This document shows, in pieces, positions 58,746 to 64,000 of a DNA stretch of 64,000 bases (position 1 is its first letter; each line of letters starts with the position of its first letter). The translations under genes and the position numbers were made by a program. Below the pieces are notes generated by a model. That model was not told the DNA's origin. It did not search any database and saw only the letters and a list, made by a program, of their open reading frames with translations. The DNA comes from Thermoproteota archaeon (GTDB lineage Archaea > Korarchaeota > JAOZGF01 > JAOZFZ01): assembly GCA_027492035.1 (NCBI GenBank), contig JAOZFT010000004.1, forward strand, positions 224,001 to 288,000, read 5' to 3'.

Positions 58746-59330
58746 CTAAATTTTTTTAAGTGAATCCTTAAGTTTTTAACATGGCTTCAACCTTTAACTT
58801 AACTTGATGAGAGTTGCCAATAAATATTCTTACCTTCTTTCAGGATGTGGATGTTCAATAACCTCTCCGCCTCCCCTAATCATGATAGGGTGAGTTAAAA
58901 CCTAAAAGATCACCAAAAAGACTAAAGCCAATAATTACGTATAAAACGCCTTGGTGCATCCTCCCCCATTTTTCATCTCACTTCTCCTTTACTCCCAAAA
59001 TGTTTAAAGTCTGCGTTTAAATAAATACAATTCAAATAAATCCTTCTAGTTTAAAACGCTATGTCTTTGTACAGTTGTACAAACCACTTGCACAAGGAAA
59101 GGTTGACACTGTTGGGGACACCATTCCCAACGTCATTGAAGAGCTTATATCGTAAAAAAGAGGAGGAAATTTACAATAAAATTATAAAACGATTTTGAAG
59201 AGAAGCAGAAAGGACCGACGTTTAGAGCTGGTTTTAGATTTAAAAACGCTCATATGAGAAGTGATATATGGTTGATCCCTCGAATTTATTCTTAAGAAGG
59301 ATTCTTCTGTTACAATTTTAACTAATACAC

Positions 59331-59630
59331 TAACTAATCTTTCTTTTCTTATATATCTTATATAATAAGCGTTCTCATTTATTGATTTAATTAGCTTATT
59401 CGTTACTTGCCTATAAGGCTTTATAGCTTGGAAATAGCATAAATCCAGAAATTCACGTCCAAAGTTTCCAGAGTCTCTTTTTCATCTTTGTCGTAGATGT
59501 AAATTGTGCCACTCCTAACTTCACCAGCTAATTTCTCGTCTCCTTTGGAGATCCATTCAACTTTAAGCTCGTAGCCTAGCCTAAACTTGTTTTTCAATCT
59601 CTCAATCTCTTTTTTAAGCTCCTTCCTAAG
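59331..59630 (-). pseudogene. Frameshifted remnant of a small hypothetical gene
   Basis: Protein-like pieces in different frames: LKKEIERLKNKFRLGYELKVEW...LAGEVRSGTIYIYDKDEKETLETL / REFLD / AIKPYRQVTNKLIKSINENAY. Boundaries approximate. Confidence 0.5.
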
Positions 59631-59823
59631 TTTAAAGCTTAACCCTTTTAAAGCTCGATTAGTTCTTCCTTTCTATGGTTTAAGGCATCCTCTTCACTAT
59701 GTTTCCTTTTGTAAAGGGTTTTCTTTGTTGATTTACCCTGTTCCTTTTAAAAAAAGAGATAGTTAAAAAGGAAACTTAAGTTTTTAAAAAGTGGAGTTTT
59801 GTGTTTGGAGGTGTTTTGAATTA

Positions 59824-60264
59824 ATGAGGGTTTGTGTTACATCTCACTTTTCGATCGCTCACGTTGTGAAAAGACGAAACAGCTGGGAGACACTTCACGG
59901 CCATAATTACAAGGCTGTTTTATGTGTTGAAAAAGAATTAGATGAATTAGGGATGGTTATGGATTTTAAAGACTTAAAACTTGTTTTAAATGGAATAATT
60001 AAGAAACTGGATCATAAAACTCTCCTGCCAAGTAAAAACAAGGAAATTAATTTACGACTTGAGGGAAATTTAGCGTCTTTTCAAATTAGAAATAAAAAAT
60101 ACACTTTACCCTTGGAAGATGTAGAATTAATTCCTACCACGAATGTAACCGCTGAAGAAGTTGCACTCTACCTAGTTTCTAAATTAAGAGAAAAAATTCA
60201 GGCTTCAAAACTTGAGTTATCAATTTACGAAAGCCCTGACATGTTTGTGGTTGAGAGGGTTTAA
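59824..60264 (+). CDS. PTPS/QueD-family T-fold enzyme, PTPS-III type motif
   Basis: FSIAH, ETLHGHNY (Glu, no Cys), GMVMDF, LDH, TAEE, IYESP; first gene of the folP operon. Confidence 0.85.
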   Translation: MRVCVTSHFSIAHVVKRRNSWETLHGHNYKAVLCVEKELDELGMVMDFKDLKLVLNGIIKKLDHKTLLPSKNKEINLRLEGNLASFQIRNKKYTLPLEDVELIPTTNVTAEEVALYLVSKLREKIQASKLELSIYESPDMFVVERV

Positions 60265-60267
60265 AAA

Positions 60268-61479
60268 ATGTTTCTGAAGGCTGAACTTGGGAAATTGAAA
60301 GTAGGTCTTGGAGAAAAAGTTGCGGTAGTAGCTGTAATGAATTTAAGTCCTGAATCCTTTTATAAACCCTCTGTGCAAACGCGTGAAAATGCTTTAATTT
60401 ATGCACAGAAATGTATAGAGGAAGGAGCAGATATAATAGACGTGGGGGCTGTTTCCTCTGCCCCCCCAAGTATTTACGGGTTAAAGGAAAAAATTTCTGT
60501 TAGAGAAGAAATTAAAAGATTAGAACCCGTACTAAAGGAGCTAACGGCCAATTTAAGCATTCCTCTTTCTGTGGACACTCACAGGTGGGAGGCAGCAGAA
60601 TTAGCCCTTAAAAAGGGTGTAAACATTATAAATGACATTAGTGGATTTAAAAAAGACTTGAGAGTGGCGGAGAAAGTGGCTGAATACGGTGCATCAGCTT
60701 TCCTTATGGCTTGTAAACAGGAGCCAGGCGATGTTTGTGGAATAAATGAAATATGTAAAGTTTTGGGTGATAGCTTAGCTATAGCTTCATCTTCAGGTGT
60801 GAACCTTAACAAAATTGTTCTTGACCCGGGAGTAGGATTTGGCAAAGATCCACAATGTGACTTAAAAATATTAAGGGATTTAAGGAGGTTTTACTTGTTG
60901 GGTAGGCCCATCATGGTTGGTGTTTCCCGTAAACACTTTATAGGTGAATGCTTAGGAGGAGTTCCCCCTGAGGAAAGACTAATAGGTTCTTTAGCCGCAA
61001 CTTCCATTGCTGTTTTTAAAGGTGCACATGTAATCCGCACCCATGACGTTAAGGAAACTGTTGAAGCAGTGAAAGTTGCTGAAAGAATTAGAGGAGACAT
61101 TAAGACTTTGTCTTCTGGTTGCGTTTCAGCTGTGGACATAGATTTTTTGGAAACATGTGAGGACTTAGAAAATTACTTGTTTACGTTGGGGGTTGGTAAA
61201 GAAGGGATTAAAAGAATGCGTGAGAAGGGAGTGTTTCATGTTTTCCTTTTACGAAACTTAAGCACTCCTGCAGTGTTGGTTTTAAAACAATTATTCCTTG
61301 CTGCGGGGGGTGAGTTAGCAACTCATAAAGATGTCATAGATTTCAATATTGAGAGGTCAGATGTTTTAGTTTTAGCTACTGAGGAACAAGTTAGGAAAGT
61401 TGTTAAGAACCTTAGAACAAACTCTTTTGGTTTAAGAGAGGTTAAGTTTGTACTTGAAAGAATGTTGGAGATGGGATAG
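60268..61479 (+). CDS. folP: Dihydropteroate synthase with an extra C-terminal domain
   Basis: MNLSPESF, GADIIDVGA, SVDT, INDISG, DPGVGFGK, GVSRK, RTHDV; about 125-aa C-terminal extension. Confidence 0.93.
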   Translation: MFLKAELGKLKVGLGEKVAVVAVMNLSPESFYKPSVQTRENALIYAQKCIEEGADIIDVGAVSSAPPSIYGLKEKISVREEIKRLEPVLKELTANLSIPLSVDTHRWEAAELALKKGVNIINDISGFKKDLRVAEKVAEYGASAFLMACKQEPGDVCGINEICKVLGDSLAIASSSGVNLNKIVLDPGVGFGKDPQCDLKILRDLRRFYLLGRPIMVGVSRKHFIGECLGGVPPEERLIGSLAATSIAVFKGAHVIRTHDVKETVEAVKVAERIRGDIKTLSSGCVSAVDIDFLETCEDLENYLFTLGVGKEGIKRMREKGVFHVFLLRNLSTPAVLVLKQLFLAAGGELATHKDVIDFNIERSDVLVLATEEQVRKVVKNLRTNSFGLREVKFVLERMLEMG

Positions 61480-61509
61480 TATGCTTTTTAAGGGATTTAA
61501 AGGTGGTTT

Positions 61510-62022
61510 GTGACGATATCTCGTGATTTACGTCTTTCAGCTGGAACTCTTGAGAAGGAATTGAAGAAACCGAAAGGAGAACTTTTCAAGAAGTTTCAGG
61601 AACTTGATAAAGTCTTGTTAGAAGCCAAGTACTTAGTTACTGTCGGTGACTTTGTTTCCTTTTCAGCTTTAGAAAACAATATTCAACCTAACCTGATGAT
61701 TATAGATAGGAAAGTTGAAAGGAAAGAATTTGTTTTTAGAATCCCAAACAACTACCTTCTGCTTAACACAATCAACCCTAAAGGGTTTGTAACTGTTAAG
61801 GCTTTTAAGGCTGTTAAAGAATCACTTAAACTTATTGGGACTGGTTTTAGGGTTTGTTTAATTGTTTGTGGTGAGGAAGATTTGTTAGGGTTCCCGGTTG
61901 TTTTACTTTTCCCATTAAGCACTGTAATGTTGTATGGGCAGCCTGGTGAAGGAATTGTAGCTGTCAAAATAGATAACGAAAGCAAAAACGAAGCAAAAAA
62001 GCTTCTTTCCCTTTTTGAGTAA
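61510..62022 (+). CDS. GTP-dependent dephospho-CoA kinase (DUF359)
   Basis: LKKPKG, VTVGD, NPKG, GEEDLL, YGQPGEG motifs. Confidence 0.9.
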   Translation: MTISRDLRLSAGTLEKELKKPKGELFKKFQELDKVLLEAKYLVTVGDFVSFSALENNIQPNLMIIDRKVERKEFVFRIPNNYLLLNTINPKGFVTVKAFKAVKESLKLIGTGFRVCLIVCGEEDLLGFPVVLLFPLSTVMLYGQPGEGIVAVKIDNESKNEAKKLLSLFE

Positions 62023-62033
62023 GGGTCTCTTTT

Positions 62034-63140
62034 CTAACTTAACCAGTCCCTTTCCTCCATTTTCTTAGGAATGTAGACATCTGACAAGTAAGTTATGTTT
62101 TTTGAACACAAGGCCTGGACTTCAGCTTTTTCCTTCCTTTCTAGCATTAACTGGAATTCTTCTTGGTACCTTTTGTTTTTAAACCATGGATAATTACTTA
62201 TTTCACTTAACCTTTTTATATCTGCTTCAGTCATTTTTAACCTTGCATATTTAGGCACTTTATATTTATCTAAGTCGCTTGGAAGTAGGCCAAGTAATTT
62301 AGCGTCTTGTGTGGCTAGTCTAGGTGTGTCGAAAGAGAGCTGTATAGAACCTCTTTTATAAACGCTTGCTATGTAAAAACCGTAAGGGTCGCTGTCCACC
62401 AAAATATAAACTGGCAGTTTCAATTCTTCCCTTAATCTTTTAACGAATCTACGAGTTGCTACATCTGCTTGACCTTTACCTGTGACAAGTATACACTTCT
62501 GTTTCTTCCATATTTTGTCTTCAACCAGTCTGAAAAAAGCTGCATCCTTTTCAATCACTAAAACGTACTCTGCACCATAATCTACAAATTCTACTTCGTC
62601 CACTAAGGGAGTTATTGACCAACCGCCTGTGCCCAGTCTGGAGCAATCAATTAAATCCCCCTTATCCCTGATTTTTATTTCCCCTACGCAAACTCCTTTC
62701 GCACTTGCAATTACTCCTAAGTTTTCTCTGTATACCCCCATCATAGCCGCTATGTCTTCTATTATTGCGTCTGATTCATTCTGCGTCTCAAAAATATATG
62801 CTCTGTTATAGAAGATGTCTCTTAACTGGGCGTGAATATTTCTTCTTAAAAGTTCAGTTATTGTGGAACTTACAGCAACTGTTTGAGTGAATTTTCTGAC
62901 GTTTTTCATGTTAAAGAAGTCTCTTTTCATTAAAATCTTTTTCAATAGAATTAAGTCTTTCTCTTCATCGTAAACTACTACCTCCTTTTTTCTAGCAGGT
63001 ATTTCAAGGAAAGGGTTTTGTCTTTTCCTTATTTGTGAAAGGATTCTAAGGAAAATTTCATTTAACATTTTGTCAATTAGTTTTTCCCTTTCTATTTTCT
63101 CCGCAAGAATTATATATTCCTCATTTTCCTTCTTTTTCAA
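62034..63140 (-). CDS. top6A: DNA topoisomerase VI subunit A
   Basis: LRDIFY (catalytic Tyr), FETQNESD, IEKDA, TGKGQ...TR, DSDPYG TOPRIM, KAEVQAL. Confidence 0.96.
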   Translation of the reverse strand: MKKKENEEYIILAEKIEREKLIDKMLNEIFLRILSQIRKRQNPFLEIPARKKEVVVYDEEKDLILLKKILMKRDFFNMKNVRKFTQTVAVSSTITELLRRNIHAQLRDIFYNRAYIFETQNESDAIIEDIAAMMGVYRENLGVIASAKGVCVGEIKIRDKGDLIDCSRLGTGGWSITPLVDEVEFVDYGAEYVLVIEKDAAFFRLVEDKIWKKQKCILVTGKGQADVATRRFVKRLREELKLPVYILVDSDPYGFYIASVYKRGSIQLSFDTPRLATQDAKLLGLLPSDLDKYKVPKYARLKMTEADIKRLSEISNYPWFKNKRYQEEFQLMLERKEKAEVQALCSKNITYLSDVYIPKKMEERDWLS

Positions 63141-64000
63141 GTGAAACCTCCTCCCGATATTTTCTCAGAAACAAAGTTGAGAAATTCTCTTCTCACCTTT
63201 TCTTCATCCACTCCCTTCACTGTTTCAGCTATGAATCTTGAAACAAGTTCTGCGTGTTTACTGAATAATTTGAAAGCCTTCATTTTCCTTTCCTTTGCCT
63301 CTTTTTTATGCAGGAAATTTTGTAACTCTTTACAAACTTTTAAAATACCTAAATGTATTTCTCTTCTTATTTCAGGTTTGTTTGCAATGTATTCCTTACC
63401 TAAGGTTTTGTAAGGTACACTTGTTGAACAGATATGTACAAAGACAGCTAAGGGTGAATTTGTCTTTACATCATACCTTTTCCAATTTATTTTCTTTATT
63501 ACTCTTGTTGAAACGTCGTTCCATTCATCGTAGAGTAAAGGTATCCTGTTTGCGAATCTGTACAGTTTAATTTCTTCATTTACAGGGATCTTGCCACCCC
63601 AAGCTAAAGCCACTTCCACAATGAAAGGGTGTCCTTCATAGGCTTTCGGTGGTCTTTGAGTGGCGGTTACAAATTCAGGTTCCAAAACCCTTTTTATACC
63701 CATTACAAACGTCTCTACCCCTATCGGAGCAAGTGAAGATGCATCTGGAGGCTTTATTCCTTCGAAATTCCTTAGCCCTTTCACTATCCTTCTTTTCTCT
63801 CCTTCGCTTAACTCTTTAACCCTTTTATTTGGATCCACTTTTGCCATTTCCAAAATCTTTAGACTTGTTTTCTTCCCTAAAGCTTGAAACTCCTTTCTAA
63901 GAAAATTAATTACTTTATCCCTTTCTCTCCTCCTGCATAATCTGTTAAATAATTCGAAATTCGCTCCTTTTGGGTGAGGTTTTGATTCCTTCGGTGTGGA
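63137..64000 (-). CDS. top6B: DNA topoisomerase VI subunit B, C-terminal part (runs off window)
   Basis: Frame is open to the window end (KPHPKG); GHPFIVEV, RFANRIPLLYD and VHICSTSVPYK motifs. Confidence 0.95.
   Translation of the reverse strand, partial: STPKESKPHPKGANFELFNRLCRRRERDKVINFLRKEFQALGKKTSLKILEMAKVDPNKRVKELSEGEKRRIVKGLRNFEGIKPPDASSLAPIGVETFVMGIKRVLEPEFVTATQRPPKAYEGHPFIVEVALAWGGKIPVNEEIKLYRFANRIPLLYDEWNDVSTRVIKKINWKRYDVKTNSPLAVFVHICSTSVPYKTLGKEYIANKPEIRREIHLGILKVCKELQNFLHKKEAKERKMKAFKLFSKHAELVSRFIAETVKGVDEEKVRREFLNFVSEKISGGGFT

Noticed and set aside
2440-63887. Numerous short antisense or overlapping ORFs within long genes
   Set aside because: Shadow ORFs of well-supported genes, with no motifs of their own.
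1-64000. CRISPR array, rRNA, intact transposase/integrase, split or permuted tRNA
   Set aside because: No regular repeat-spacer pattern or such genes were seen; all 14 tRNAs are contiguous and in normal order.

Overview
AT-rich archaeal chromosomal window, mostly core housekeeping genes. Rpo8, S26e, Alba, TFE, Top6A/B and multi-intron tRNAs point to a TACK- or Asgard-type lineage (inference). It holds about 63 protein-coding genes covering translation and ribosome biogenesis, archaeal lipid/mevalonate synthesis, glycine cleavage, pterin/folate synthesis and DNA repair. There are 14 tRNA genes; 9 of them carry 13 bulge-helix-bulge (BHB)-type introns, 5 at non-canonical positions (14/15, 20a/21, 21/22, 30/31, 45/46). 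Main finding: the chromatin gene alba (minus strand, 7764..8087) is interrupted by a 36-nt insert (8011..8046). The insert contains an in-frame UGA and folds with its exons into a perfect BHB motif. Cutting at the standard tRNA-endonuclease sites restores the conserved Alba motif IGRKPTMNYVLA. This is a predicted tRNA-type intron in an mRNA other than cbf5. Secondary observations: an EMC6-like membrane protein with a large fused domain, a stand-alone TFB/cyclin-box protein, a thiolase lacking its nucleophilic Cys, a degenerate ABC pair, a PTPS-III plus domain-permuted FolP module, and gene debris at tRNA 3' ends. No CRISPR array, rRNA or intact mobile element was seen. All calls are by eye from sequence motifs; no searches were run.
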